Assembly: GCA_012295275.1 (NCBI GenBank)
Contig: CM022671.1
Coordinates: 20,894,001-20,958,000 of the forward strand
Direction of reading: 5' to 3'
Origin: Chrysomallon squamiferum
Lineage: Eukaryota > Animalia > Mollusca
Length of the DNA: 64,000 nt
The translations under genes were made by a program, and so were the position numbers. The stretch's first letter is position 1; each line of letters starts with the position of its first letter. Positions 14,901 through 30,157 of the stretch are shown here, piece by piece. The notes beneath the pieces were generated by a model, which saw only the letters and a program-made list of their open reading frames with translations, was not told the origin of the DNA and made no database searches.

Positions 14901-17900
14901 TTTCGTATTACAGGAAATAGAAAATGGAGCCGATCGTCACCGGAAGCTTACCGGTCACTTAAGTGGGCTATTTGCAAACAGAGCAAATTCATCAGGACTG
15001 GCGTATCAAACGCACTGTTAAACGACGTGGTCCGGTGGGACACGACATCTGTAACTGATACCGTTGTGCTGCTGTTACGATGAGATAACCAACTAAGCTA
15101 GAGATCGACGTTGAGGATTGTAAACATATGACATAAAAATTGATTCCTTTCTTGTTTTAATGAAATGAAGGGTTTACTATTTTTCGTTAATCGAATCCAA
15201 AATGTTCTGGGTATGGTAGATAATACAGCAAAATGGACTATTTTTTATAGTAATAAAACAGTTATTAATTAGCAGTTATTTTTTTATAATTTGATTTATG
15301 TTTTATATAGGAAAAATCTACATAATGTAATTTGCTTTTTTCTTTCTTTATTTATTTAATTTTTTCTAATCATGTCTGTAGTAAAAAGGTACTTGCGCTG
15401 GTTCCTTTGAGAATATTGGCAAATAGTGCACAGACCTATTAACTAATCTCTACTTGAAATGTTACCGTCTGAGGAAATCAGAGGCGTAAAGTGCATCCAC
15501 GATTTAAGTCTTAAATTCGTATCTGATCCTTCTTTTTTTCTGCGATTGACATCAGGGTTAAGCCCAGGCAGTTGTCTGTAACAACTAATTTATTTTTTAA
15601 AGGTTGCATTGTTCCCGACTTAGCTCACGCGATTTTGTATACAGAGCAAGTAAGGGCAATTTTATCCACAAACTAACAATGTCTGACTTCCTTTACTAGT
15701 CTGAATTATTTTAGAAACTCTGCTTCCTTTATTTTCAAGTCAAGCGATTACATCAGAGAATCGACATCATGCAGCTACCATGATGAAGTCAATAATTTTT
15801 AATTTGCTTTGATCTGATTTCGTTCGCCAGTGCCGCCAATACGGTTTTCACTTTGATAAAACTGTGCAGTTTTTTTCATCCAGCCATTTCCTTTATGGAT
15901 ATTTCAGAAAATTTAAATTGTTTTAATGGATTACCTTTTTAAGCAGATGAAAAGATTAATTAAAACGTTCTTATTTAGAACGTCCATGATCCAACACGCG
16001 TTCAAAACTGCGTTATTTTCAGACTTGTATAATAATTCTTGTATGGTTCGAATAAATAAGATATAAACCCTGATTCTCTTTAATAAAATTACAATGGAGA
16101 TTCTTGAACCGTACAAACTCAATAAGTCTCATGCCTGTTTTAAGTGATGAAAGAAAATACTTCATTCTTAGATTAGCTCTGAACATATGAAACGTCAACT
16201 GAGTTATGCTTTTATTTGTATGAAAGGAATACGAAGAAGAAATATTTTATTTGCATGGCTAACTTCTTCTCTAAGTGACTAGTTAAAGAATTCAGTGTAG
16301 TAAGAAGAACCAAAAGCTTACTGCATAGAATCCTTAAGTATATGTTAATATTATATATAATTATTTTATTTCTTAGGAGTAAAAGGGAAAATTTCATTGT
16401 TACATAATTACAACTGTAAATGTTTACATATCCTGCAAAACAGATATATAGTTGTTTATTATTAACAGTTACAACAAATGAAAATAGTCGTCACTAAGAA
16501 TTTAACATCATAAGAAATAATCACATTTTCTTCAAAATCAATTTTTAACAAAACTTATAATGGTTTTGCTAAATAACGTACAGCTTTCTGCGATTGATTC
16601 TAAAAACGAACACCTCATAGAGCTATCTTTAATAGCAAAAATAACATGACTTAGAGTAAGGTCTATTGTCCTGTTGTGTTAATGGCACTTAAATTAGAAA
16701 TTCTTTTTTTTTTCTGTTTCTTTTTGTTACAGCTTTGGTCAGCCTATTTTCTATTTTGTATCTGTTCGCAATAACATCTTCTCTTTACGATATCTATTTA
16801 CAATAGAACGAGTCATGGAATTACTTTTTTAAGATGTATTATTCTAACCATTTTTTTTTTCGTTGGTCTACGTGGTCTATCTCTATACTACACTCTGCAT
16901 CTTTTAACGATCTATCAGTAACAGGCTATCAAAATCTAGCGGTCACAGACGTTTAAGATTTACGACTGTTTGTCGATGTAATCTTCAAGCGATTTTTGAA
17001 TCTTTTTTATGGATTTCACTGAAAATTGAAATGAGAGCTAAGCTCAATGTTAACTGTTTGTTTGTAATGGATAGATAATATATCACCGTTAAAATCAGAT
17101 CACGATTTTATCTTGTATATTTTCCAGGAGGATTGTAGGTGTGGGGGTGATGTTTGACTGTGTGTGTGTGTAGGCTGCATTTTTTAAACTGAACTTACTT
17201 GGAGAAACACTGAGCTGTTTCGCTCTCTGGCTAGGATCTTGGCTGAATCTCATTACTAGAATGATCTCATCAATGTATTTCTGAGTGTTTTACGTTATAT
17301 ATGATTAAAGAACGGTTTCTGATGGGTTTTTAAATAAAACATTTCTTCCTTTTGTAAGAATGGCGTTTCAGAAGTCATGATATGAAAGTTCCTTTCAATG
17401 TGGAAGTGTATGAGAATGCAATGCGATCTGCTTTCACATTTCACAACAACAAAATTGTAATTTTAATACTTAATAACCATTAATATATAATCAGCTCTAA
17501 TGTGTTATTAGAAACGATATTCTCTCTTTCACACAATTTATCTGATTCTGGGAGTTATTTCAACTGATATATCGAAGTACTGAATAACATATTGACTTTA
17601 CGTGTCCTTCATTTCTATTTGCGACTCTGCTATAAACCAATAAGATACAATGGCCGGTTCCCATTCAAAAATATCGAGCTTTCCTTCCATAAATATAGCT
17701 CATAAAATATATACTATCATCAATGACATGAATTAATAAATAAATAACCCTTTTGAATATACATCAACTGTTTATTATGTGTCCTGTCGTTGCATATAAC
17801 TCTCAATTGTTTCCAACATACTCGAATAGTTTGACTGTTTAGACTTACAATTGTTTAATAGATTCTCAAACGAACGGGTTTTCTTTTTTAATGAACATAA

Positions 17901-18217
17901 AATATAAAATATCAAAGAATTCATTGTAGCCAATGATTCAGAACAAAGCCAATAATTTGTTTACAGAGAAAGTAAATTTGGTTTCATTTCCTTACTGAAA
18001 GATAATCAATGAAAAACAAAAGAAACAACAAGAAAAAATAAAAATGAAAGATTTATTAAGAAAAATCAATTCGGTAATATCATTATCAAAACAATTACTG
18101 TTAATAAAGTTTATAGAAGAAGCAAAAAATATAATAAAGTGCCACAAATTCAATATATGTAATTTCGTTTCATCAGATATTTCTTTTAATGGAAAATATA
18201 GGTTTTTCCACACTTGC

Positions 18218-18253
<36 letters not shown>

Positions 18254-20591
18254 AAAACAAGCCCGCTGTTAGAGAATTCGTATCTTAAGGCAATTAACAT
18301 TTAACGAATTTTACGGATCCTTGCTCTCTATAAATCAGTTGCTGTCTTCTAAATTAAAATCTAATTTTACAAATGGCTGCCATAGCAACTTCATATATTT
18401 GTATTACTTTAACAACTGGCTAAACATATTTGAGCCTTGAGCCGAATGTGTGTAGGTTTTTTTTTTTTGTGTGTTTTTTTTAACAGTTTCAACCTCTGAT
18501 CATTCTCGATATTCTCGGTCATCAGAACTACTTGAAGGAGAAACAGTGTGGGGGTGAACGACTGTTAAAAAATGTTACAAAGTATTTTCTCTTAAACAGT
18601 TCCTGCTGACATTAGGATATCATCATATTCATAAATTCTTTTAAAACAGAGAAAAATTTAAATTGTATTTTTTAACCACCGAGGGGTACCGAGCACGATA
18701 TGCACCATCTCTGATTTGTCCTCCAGTGTGTTTTTCTTTTGAACTGAATATGATTTCGTCAACAGAAGTAATGTTCAATCCCAGATTCACAGCGTCCCAG
18801 TCTTAAATCCGGCCCTGATTTCCCACCTCTGTATCAGTGTTTATATTTATTACAACCTAAAATATACATTTCAGCACAAAATTCTACACGACTATTCTCT
18901 TTATCTTCCCCTTATCCTCCTCTGCCCCGCTGATATGTTACACTTCCTAGAATTAATGCGTTTCAGTAAGGAAAAAAAAAAGAAGAAGAAGAAAAAAAAA
19001 AAAAAGAAGAAGAAAAAAAAAAAAAAAGACGAAGAAGAAAAACAGCGATATCACACCGGAAGAAACAACATTTCCATATTTAAATTTCTTCGCGCAACAA
19101 TCGTTTCGCTAAAGTACTTTAAATAAAGTATTAGTTGACCGTGGTGTAAAATTACACTTACATTAGCAGCAGCAAAGGCGAACAAACAAAGCCTAGTAAG
19201 TCGTCTAGGGACTGGATCTTTACTTGTTGGCGCTTTTTCCCGTGTCATGGATTCTTGGACATGATGGATAACTCTCCCGATCCATGTTCCCCAGGGCCAA
19301 TCAGCTCGTCTGAGGTAGCGAGAAAAGTTGCCTCCGTGGAGGAGGTGTCAAAAAAAGGTGGAAATAAAATACAATTAATACATAGATATTAACTAAAAAT
19401 GCATTAGAACGAAAAGTGAGAAAAAGGAGGAAAAAAGAAAAAGGAAAAAAGATAATGAGTTTAAAAGCGACCGTGAAACAATGGGATAATTTAGTTTTTT
19501 TTTTTTTTTTTTTTTTTTTTTATTGATCTAAAAAAGAGTTAAAGTGTACGCTACATGCGTTAGCGATGGCTGAGTATGATATGATAAAATATTTATAAGA
19601 TCTGAATAGGCATTTTGTGTCGATTAGCCAGGTTTAGGTGTGTAACTAAACACTTTTTAACATATCAGTTGTTAATGGACCTCGCATTAAAATGGAAAAA
19701 TAATGAACACAAGCTTTTAGCTGCCAGGTTAATAACAAGTTTTACGATTCATATATTTTCTTTAATTAATGTTCAGAGGTAAATATAAGGACATATAAAA
19801 TATATTTCTATATTTCTATGGCTGCAGGTGCACGTAATCTCATTTTCAGCTGACAGTGACTTTCAAGTCACTACGACAGCTGCTGTGTACATCTACAAGT
19901 ACATCGAATTATAATAAAAGAAAGAGAACTTAGCGCCACCTTGACGTGTGTTAGGGATTATACGTTAAGGATTTTAAAAGCAGATTTAAGTAGTCGTGAT
20001 AGCATATACCAAAGGTTTTAGTAATACGGGAAGCGTCAAGATAATGATGATGATGAAGATGATGAGAATGGCCTCTGGTTTCACTTTCAATTTTTTTATC
20101 TTTCATTAATATAATTTCTTAGCTTATAATATTAATACTGAGTAAATCTTTCTTTCTTATTTATCCAAAAACACACGTAACAGTGTTTCCTGCTTCATTT
20201 CACATTATTAGTTAGGACAAATATTTTGCAATGCTGCTGTTGACTTTTTCGTTTAGGTACAAATGTGAAACGACAGTTCTTATTATTTGTCTGAACTTTG
20301 TTTTTGGCGAATTTCTCGTATAATTAGTAATTATCGATAGAATTGATTTAGAACGTACTCAAAATAGAAAAAATAGTTTGTACTTTGACGAATCATGCTT
20401 CTTTGGTTTGACATTGACGTACATTCGAGATGATTCATCACAGACCTTCCCGTGGGAGGTTAAACATTAAACAAGATTCAGAACAACAACTAAGCAAAAA
20501 AAAACGTTTAAAATGCATTATGCTCCTTGTAAAAGTTCTAACTCAGCTGCACAAACTGAAACAAAAACGTGGCTAATTTGAAGTCGATCTG

Positions 20592-20800
20592 CTAAGTCAT
20601 TTAAAGCAGTTTGTTTGAAGTTAACATTCTAAGACATTTAACGTAGGCAGTTTTACTAAGACATTTAAAATAGGTCGTTTGAAGTATACAGATTAAGACA
20701 TTTAACGTAGGTAATACGAAATTGACCTAGAATTTCTTTTCTTTTTTTAAAGAAGACAGTTTCAGGTCGTCCTTCTAAGATATTTAACGAAGCTAGTTTG
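20592..20800. repeat. Decayed minisatellite
   Basis: About 5 degenerate copies of TAAGACATTTAACGTAGG. Confidence 0.65.
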
Positions 20801-21555
20801 TCACAAAGGTGTAAGAAACCTCAGGCATACACAAAACAACATCACTTGTTTACGTACGTTGCATGATCCGACTCTTAAAATAGCTGATTAGCTTCATGTG
20901 CTTCGGCGAATAATCTTTTGTGTTTTCTAATCCCTCCGATTTTGTAGTCGTCTTTTGTAATGGAAGAATCCTCCAATAGTTTCAGCAAAAAGTTTTCCAA
21001 TACTTCGTACGGCTTCCTATAGAGAGCGATATCGCAATCAGCGGCTGCAAAGCGGAAATTTTTGATGAGCATGATGGTAGCGGTGACCTTTTTATCATAC
21101 ACTCTTTCCACATTAGGCTCTTGGAAGGAACGTTTTCTTTTGAAAAGGCGCTTTTGCGGAGAACGAGACATTTGTTGTTGGGCTTCAAAACTGTGTCGTG
21201 ATTCGCTGACAGTTCTGAAACTGGCAGAAAGAAGATGATAAAATAAAATGTACTGTTTGTCAAAAGTTCTCATATTTAGCTGAGTAACGATTTTTTTATT
21301 TTTTTTATTGCAGATGAAAATATATACACCCTATAATTATTTTGCTACACGTTGTGAGTAAGTCATGTAAAAGAAAGTACCAACCCACTTTAAAATAGTA
21401 CAAAACTAAAGCGAAATCACTTTACACATGGTATTACAGCTGCAGTAAACTCGCATTTAAAGATTAAATTTGAATATGGTTAATAACATTAACCGCCAAG
21501 AAAACTAATTAAAAAAAATAATAATAATAATAATAAATAAAATAAAATAAAATAA

Positions 21556-21613
<58 letters not shown>

Positions 21614-22203
21614 TAAATAAATAAATAAATAAATAAATAAATACAAACTATACAGAAAGAAATTCAGTCTACGTTTTGTTAAAAAATAAATTACATAACA
21701 AGACAATTACGGACATTGTCTTGAACGACTGCTATATTTTTCTATCAAAAAAAAAAAAAATGGAAAGCGATGAATGCCAGACTGTTAAAACATGTTTTTG
21801 AATCCAGACTGTCAGTTAATCATACATTGTTCGTTGCTTATATTATATGTCCTTATGGCGTTGTACATCATGTTAGTTGCTTCCGTAGGACCAGTGTATA
21901 ATATGCATTAATTATTTAGAGCTCTTGTATGTTATTACGACTGCAGTGTTTTGTAATTTGTCTTCGAATAAACATCAGTTTTAACAGAGAGATCAGGATG
22001 TAAGTAATTCTGTTTATCTGGTAAATAAATATTTTGTTTGTATGGATGAATGGACAGACAGGCAGAGTGGCAGGTAAATAGATAAATAAATATAATTATA
22101 TAAAATTATACAATTTAAGTGATGTTTATTATTACTGCTAGTTTACAAGCCAATTTATACAACATACACATAAAACAGGAAAGTGTATTGAAATAAATTA
22201 TGA

Positions 22204-22283
<80 letters not shown>

Positions 22284-22452
22284 TTGTTTCTCCTGATTGT
22301 AAATATTTTATTTCTGAAAGTATAAAAAAATACTGAAAGATATGCATCTACTAATTATTCTTAAACTGAACGAAATAATAACTCGAAAATAAATTTAAAC
22401 AATGCGTTACCATTCCCGATGTTTTTATTTATTTATATATTATTATTTATTA

Positions 22453-22503
<51 letters not shown>

Positions 22504-24425
22504 TAATCTGTTATTCTGCTAAAATTCTTTATCATAAACATGCATCAATTAAAAATTAATATCGATTTAATTAACAGTTTTCCTGAAGTTTGTTTGTTCT
22601 GTCGTGTATTCAGTCTGTTTTGAACACTCCTTGATTTTGTTTTCAACGAAAATTAAATACAGTACAGCGAGAGACAGCTACGTTTATATTGAAAACATAA
22701 AAAACAGTGGACAACAAATGAAAATTACAGCACAAAAGAATGTTTTCTGCATTCTGTTAAAATTAATAAGTTACGAATTGATTTTATTTTTTCTCAGTGC
22801 ACCAGGAAATGCATTACTTCTACAACGAATATCACAAAAGCTATTAGGTATTATTCTCAAGTGCGCATGACATATAAATATTTTTCATAACGTAATACTC
22901 ATAAATCGCGTGTTAACTAGTGCAGATAAAAATATCCCCCGTTAATAATTAAACGTCAGTTATTATTAAATCATATCAGAAGACTATATTATTAAAGGAG
23001 TTGTTCTGTGGTAATTAGTCTCTTCGGGTCTTAGAATTGTAACTGTTGTCTTGTCAAATGAAAGAAAAAGAAATAACAATAACGCAACAAGCAGATCATG
23101 GATTTTATCTGAATAGTCTATGATTCGTATATGTATAATACAAGTTTATTACAAATGTTTATTCTTTTGAAAATACTTCATATTCGACCAAGCCGACAGT
23201 TTATGCGTTAAAAGAAGATAGAAATAATTGAAGTGTAAGAATTTATCACACTTCTGTTCATTCTTTATTACTATCTTCGTGTACTAGAAACGAAAAGAAA
23301 GAGACTCCAACTGTTTTTAAGGCACCTAACACATCATAAATCGGTCAGAAAGTTAAATAAGTACACAACTCTGAACACATTCTAATATTTGCTGTGAAAT
23401 GTAGAAGTTGTATATAAAAAAAAATATATATATATATTAAATCAAAAACCACTCATATATAATATATACGCGCGCTCTCTCATATATTTTGAAATAATCG
23501 ATTCTTTTTATTGTTGTTTTTATATTCTTTAAATTGAAACTCTTTTGATTTTTCAACAAGTTTTTTACCCTCTTTTCAGAAATCCAGAATCCGCCACGTT
23601 TCGTATTTGCGAAGTTTAAAATGAATTAATACGATTCATATCGCCGATAAGAAAATTAATTAAAATAATTTCATTTTAACCAACATTGTTTTTCCACAGT
23701 CTTAATGGACTGCAAAAAAGGGCTATTAAATCTTTTCACAAACACCGTTCAAAATTAATTGACTTTTGAGAAATAAATCTTTTTTGGTGAAATCCATGAT
23801 CGAAAAACGATCATGATGTTTGATTATGATAGCTGTAAGCAATATCCTGCGAATAAATTCTTGTGTAAATATGTATATATTTAACATGGTCTGAGAAACA
23901 CTGATACTGCACTATCTTCAGAACAGCAACCGAACTAAGATTCAACACGAAAAACTAATTACGTTTTTTCGCATACTCTGGGGCATTCAGTGACGTATCA
24001 GATTAAACTGAATCATATTAAACTGTAGACTTTACACAGTGTAGTCGGTATTTCTTTATTGCCTTAATAAATCAGAATTAGATTTTAATATGAGATACGG
24101 TATATATTTTGTTTAGAAGCTCGACTTGAAGAAATGTCAACTTCTTCCGAAGCATATGCGTTATTGCTGCTATTATAGAAAACATTTTTATACAAATAAC
24201 TGGGTTTTAAATAAAAAATAATTCTACAGAGAATATGTGTTGACTATGGTGGCTGGCTTAGATAAATACTTGATTACATTAATTTAACATGTATTACAAA
24301 TTGTTGTATTTCCAATCACTTAATACTATTATGATACTCTAATAAATAGCAATACTTATATACGCTAAGTTATTACAGTTATATAGTCTTTCGATTCATT
24401 CTTGGATTTACTTCTTGTAACTTGT

Positions 24426-27400
24426 GATTCGTAATGCAACACTTTATAAAATTTGATTTGTTGATGATTATAATTAAGACTGTATTCTAATATTATCTTA
24501 TAAAATCATGTGACCAATACCATTTTTTTTTTTTTTTTTTTTTTTTTGGCGCTTAATAATTTGCTTTTATGTAGGTACGTAAATACTTAATTACCGGACT
24601 TGATATCTGGTGTGACTCATAATATGTAATTAATAAAATCTGAGGACAGACATGCAAAACTGGATAATCCAAATACTGTTAGTAAGGTCGAACAAGAAAA
24701 CTTCAACTTCTTTAACTGAAATAACTTATTTCGATATAGAATACAAATAAAATGGATACAGAACAAAGTTTATTCTGAATTTTGTTCTTCTAAAACTAAA
24801 GTATTATCAACAAAACTGAAAATGCTGGGTGATCAAAAAGTTATTCTACATCGAGAAAATTTATTAAGAAACACAGAATAAATGGTTATCCAACCTTTAT
24901 TCTGAATCTGGGTTCTTCTAACTTGTTAAAACTGTCATGAGATGATGAAGACATTATTGCAACAGGTGATATTCGGGTCTCAGGGGTGTACTTTTTAATT
25001 GTTAATCGACTTCTGGGAGGATATCTAAGTCTTTAACTCGGTTTCCGAAAGACAGCGTGTTTTATATGACACCCAAGACCCCTCTGTTACAAGAGCCACG
25101 ACTTTGAGTTAAACTCTGGAGTACTGGTAAGAGATATTTATAGTCAGTTAAAGAATATTTTGTAAGGACTTCACGGTGTCTTTATATAATGTCTTTGGCG
25201 TACTAATATTAGTGAACATTTCAGCGCCATTTTGTGTTTATTGCAGTGTCATCTTTCGGAGTGGCTGTCTGTGAACAGTTAATTTTTAACGTCATAATTT
25301 AAATTTCGAATCAAGAATCAGATTTAGACCTTCTTCTAAACTGGATACCGAGCCGATAGAATAATAATAAAAGTAACTTTTGTCCCACTAAATCACTTTT
25401 TATTACTTTGTAGAAAACTAAATAAAAAGCGGAATGATGGTTTTATTCTTAATAAAATAGCAATAGTTAATATATGCTGTTACTGGCTGTCAACCGATGT
25501 ACATTCAAATCGAATGAACAAACTCTTAATTTTTGTATCTGCATTTATTACTTGAACAAAAATTAACGTGCTAATCAGAGCAAGCTGTTGTGAAGCACGT
25601 CATTTATTACAACAAGAACATATAGCTTTATAACATACTTTTCAACAGCCTTTAGATTTAATCTGTGAAAACTTGGGTTTGTCAGTAATTCTGACCATTC
25701 TAGGAGAATAGTCTTTAATAACTGGTATATTAACGACAGTATTAACTTTACGTCAAGTGGAAAACAAACAACAGTTAACTGACTATTGTACAATGATACT
25801 GTTCTGCAGATAAGAACACAAACAACTTCCCCTGTTTGATTTGATGACCTTGGTTATAAATGAAATAATACAGTAGATAAGTCGGCACATAGTAATGAGT
25901 GGTCTCACGGCCATTCCTAATATACATTATCTACATTGTTTGGGGTTCTTAGTGCACACATCTTCACAAAAGAGTGTGAGGCGCAATTACTAAGATATTT
26001 TTATTTAATTAATCACGTTTCAAAACCCGTCGCTCTAACTTAACAAAAATATTCTCTGAAATTACGTCAACTGACTCTGATATCATTAAATTCTGACGAC
26101 TTCATTGTACCTTTTGTATCGTTCCAAAATATCTGCTTAGTCACTGAACAACTCAATTGTTCTTGTAAACTCGTTCAAATTCCGTTTATTTTCCCCTGAT
26201 AAAGAATAAAAGTTGCTTTTCCCAACAGTTTCCATAATTATACAGAATAGCATTTTATAGATCTGAATTAATTCTATATTAATTTAGCTAACCGTCTGGT
26301 CTTGAAGAAACTCCCCCTGTAGTTAACTAACTTTTCAGTGCTCCCTTTGAACGATTCGTAATGCAACACTTTATAAAATTTGATTTGTTGATGATTATAA
26401 TTTAGACTGTATTCTAATATTATCTTTTAAAATCCTGTGACCAATACCTTCTTTTTTTTCTCTTTTTTTGGCGCTTAATAATTTGCTTTTATGTAGGTAC
26501 GTAAATACTTAATTACCGGACTTGATATCTGGTCTGACTCACAATATGTAATTAATAAAATCTGAGGACAGACATGCAAAACTGGATAATCCAAATACTG
26601 TTAGTAAGGTCGAACAAGAAAACTTCAACTTCTTTAACTGAAATAACTTATTTCGATATAGAATACAAATAAAATGGATACAGAACAAAGTTTATTCTGA
26701 ATTTTGTTCTTCTAAAACTAAAGTATTATCAACAAAACTGAAAATGCTGGGTGATCAAAAAGTTATTCTACATCGAGAAAATGTATTAAGAAACACAGAA
26801 TAAATAGTTATCCAACCTTTATTCTGAATCTGGGTTCTTCTAACTTGTTAAAACTGTCATGAGATGATGAAGACATTATTGCAACAGGTGATATTCGGGT
26901 CTCAGGGGTGTACTTTTTAATTTTTAATCGACTTCTGGGAGGATATCTAAGTCTTTAACTCGGTTTCCGAAAGACAGCGTGTTTTTTATGACACCCAAGA
27001 CCCCTCTGTTACAAGAGCCACGACTTTGAGTTAAACTCTGGAGTACTGGTAAGAGATATTTATAGTCAGTTAAAGAATATTTTGTAAGGACTTCACGGTG
27101 TCTTTATATAATGTCTTTGGCGTACTAATATTAGTGAACATTTCAGCGCCATTTTGTGTTTATTGCAGTGTCATCTTTCGGAGTGGCTGTCTGTGAACAG
27201 TTAATCTTTAACGTCATAATTTAAATTTCGAATCAAGAATCAGATTTAGACCTTCTTCTAAACTGGATACCGAGCCAATAGAATAATAATAAAAGTAACT
27301 TTTGTCCCACTAAATCACTTTTTATTACTTTGTAGAAAACTAAATAAAAAGTGGAATGATGGTTTTATGCTTAATAAAATAGCAATAGTTAATATATGCT

Positions 27401-28302
27401 GTTACTGACTGTCAACCGATGTACATTCAGATCGAATGAACAAACTCTTAATTTTTGTATCTGCATTTATTACTTGAACTTGAACAAAAATTAACGTGCT
27501 AATCAGAGCAAGCTGTTGTGAAGCACGTCATTTATTACAACAAGAACATATAGCTTTATAACATACTTTTCAACAGCCTTTAGATTTAATCTGTGAAAAC
27601 TTGGGTTTGTCAGTAATTCTGACCATTCTAGGAGAATAGTCTTTAATAACTGGTATATTAACGACAGTATTAACTTTACGTCAAGTGGAAAACAAACAAC
27701 AGTTAACTGACTATTGTACAATGATACTGTTCTGCAGATAAGAACACAAACAACTTCCCCTGTTTGATTTGATGACCTTGGTTATAAATGAAATAATACA
27801 GTAGATAAGTCGGCACATAGTAATGAGTGGTCTCACGGCCATTCCTAATATACATTATCTACATTGTTTGGGGTTCTTAGTGCACACATCTTCACAAAAG
27901 AGTGTGAGGCGCAATTACTAAGATATTTTTATTTAATTAATCACGTTTCAAAACCCGTCGCTCTAACTTAACAAAAATATTCTCTGAAATTACGTCAATT
28001 GACTCTGATATCATTAAATTCTGTCGACTTCATTGTACCTTTTGTATCGTTCCAAAATATCTGCTTCGTCACTGAACAACTCAATTGTTCAATGCTTAAC
28101 GTTAATCTTGTAAACTCGTTCAAATTCCGTTTATTTTCCCCTGATAAAGAATAAAAGTTGCTTTTCCCAAACAGTTTCCATAATTATACAGAATAGCATT
28201 TTATAGATCTGAATTAATTCTATATTAATTTAGCTAACCGTCTGATCTTGAAGAAACTCCCCCTGTAGTTAAGTAACTTTTCAGTGCTCCCTTTGAACGA
28301 TT
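24426..28302. repeat. Near-identical ~1.93 kb tandem duplication (24426-26352 and 26353-28298)
   Basis: Sequence starting GATTCGTAATGCAACAC recurs at 26353; identical ORFs at 25575 and 27503; only scattered SNPs and small indels; GATT at all three boundaries. Confidence 0.95.
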
Positions 28303-29079
28303 TCCCATTCCAGTCTGCGCCATATTTCTGATTTATAATAAAAAAGAACCATGTGCTTTCCCACCGATGAGTTTGCAGTTAAGTTAGAAGAAAAAAAATG
28401 TGGAGTTGTGTACACGAACATACTTGAGTAAATATCCATATAAACCTAGGTGTTAAATGAAAGACGAATGGAGATTTCTGTCGGCAATTAAGTCTATAAA
28501 CATAAACAAGTGTCGACTGTAAATTTTGGTTTCAACGTACTTTTAAAGACACTGATATTTTAATTGAGATAAAGTGGCAAATTGGATGACATATAGATTT
28601 CACACAGGAGGCCGCTTTTCGCGTTGTTACCTATAACAGTGAAAAAGCACAATCTCCAAGTCTAGACATCTAATATATTGATTGTCGTTAGAAGCGAAAC
28701 AAGGATTTACCGCTTCCGAAGCACTAAAATTAGGTGCGAGATAGTTACTTATACATTGTTTAAAGTCTTCGCCAAGATCAGGAGTCAATAGTCGAGTTTG
28801 TAATTGATAAACTGTGAAAGAGACAGGATAATGCACTGTATATAAGGATTATTTTAATCACCCGTGTTACGTTAATGAATGTGTGTATACCTGTTTGTCT
28901 GTCTGCCTATATACTTACCTACCTACCTACCTACCTACCTACCTACCTATCTATCTATCTATCTATCTATCTATCCGTCTGTCTATAAACCTAAATATCT
29001 ATTTATCTATCTCTTAAGAACAAACTATAACATTTCTGTTAATTTAGTGTTTCTGTAACGTTCTTGAAATGCATGTATA

Positions 29080-29194
<115 letters not shown>

Positions 29195-29989
29195 AAGAAA
29201 TAAACAAAAAATAATCTGTAATATTTACACAGGAAATTACTTTTTTTTTTTTTTTTTTTGCATTTAACGATTGGTAAATACTCCGGTAATGTAACTATTG
29301 TTTGCTAAAAGCGTCAGAAAGAAGTGAAAAAAAAAACATATAAGTAATCGTTTCTTCGTATGTCGCACTTCCATAAATTTAATGTCAACCAGAGTGTATA
29401 TTTTATATTGCCCTACAGACATATGATATGGAAATGCTTTCAGTTTGGTTTCCGCTGCTTAATGCATGAAAATCCAAAGTAATCTTAAAGAGTTGAAACT
29501 ACATAATTAAAACGGATGTACACTAACATCTGAACCGGCTCCTTTTATTCTTCATATTTATTTTACCCATCATCAGAAAATAAAATGTCGGATCATTTAT
29601 CGACATGGTAACACATGTAGTTATGTCATCGATCTCTCGCTTCGGGATGTCAGTTAATAGCTGTTTTGATGCACCACTGTTAAAGCCACTGACACAGAAA
29701 ATTGATAGTAATAAATGTGAACACATTACACATAACCTATGTGAGCTATTAGTATTTATTCATCCAACTGTTTATGTTTTTGTGCTACAGGTTTAATGTA
29801 TTCGATGAATTTTATTCTTGTTTCATTTTATTGACAAAGATACGTGTGCGTGTGGTTATTTTTCGTACACTTTTATTGACTCGCAATAACTTTTTAATTT
29901 TCCTGCACATACAAACCAGTAAATTGTCCAACAAAATGAAATTATTCCAGGAAATTTTGATTTCCATACCCACATATTCACAAATACAG

Positions 29990-30050
<61 letters not shown>

Positions 30051-30157
30051 ACACACACACACACACACACACACACAGGCCTATATACATTAACACGCAT
30101 GATTATCTGCTGATAACACCAGCTCTGTGCAGTAAGCTTACGTTTTATGTGATTAAT

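Noticed and set aside
25575-27721. Two identical 72-aa ORFs as a duplicated gene
   Set aside because: TTG start, no recognisable domain; identity simply reflects the 1.9 kb duplication.
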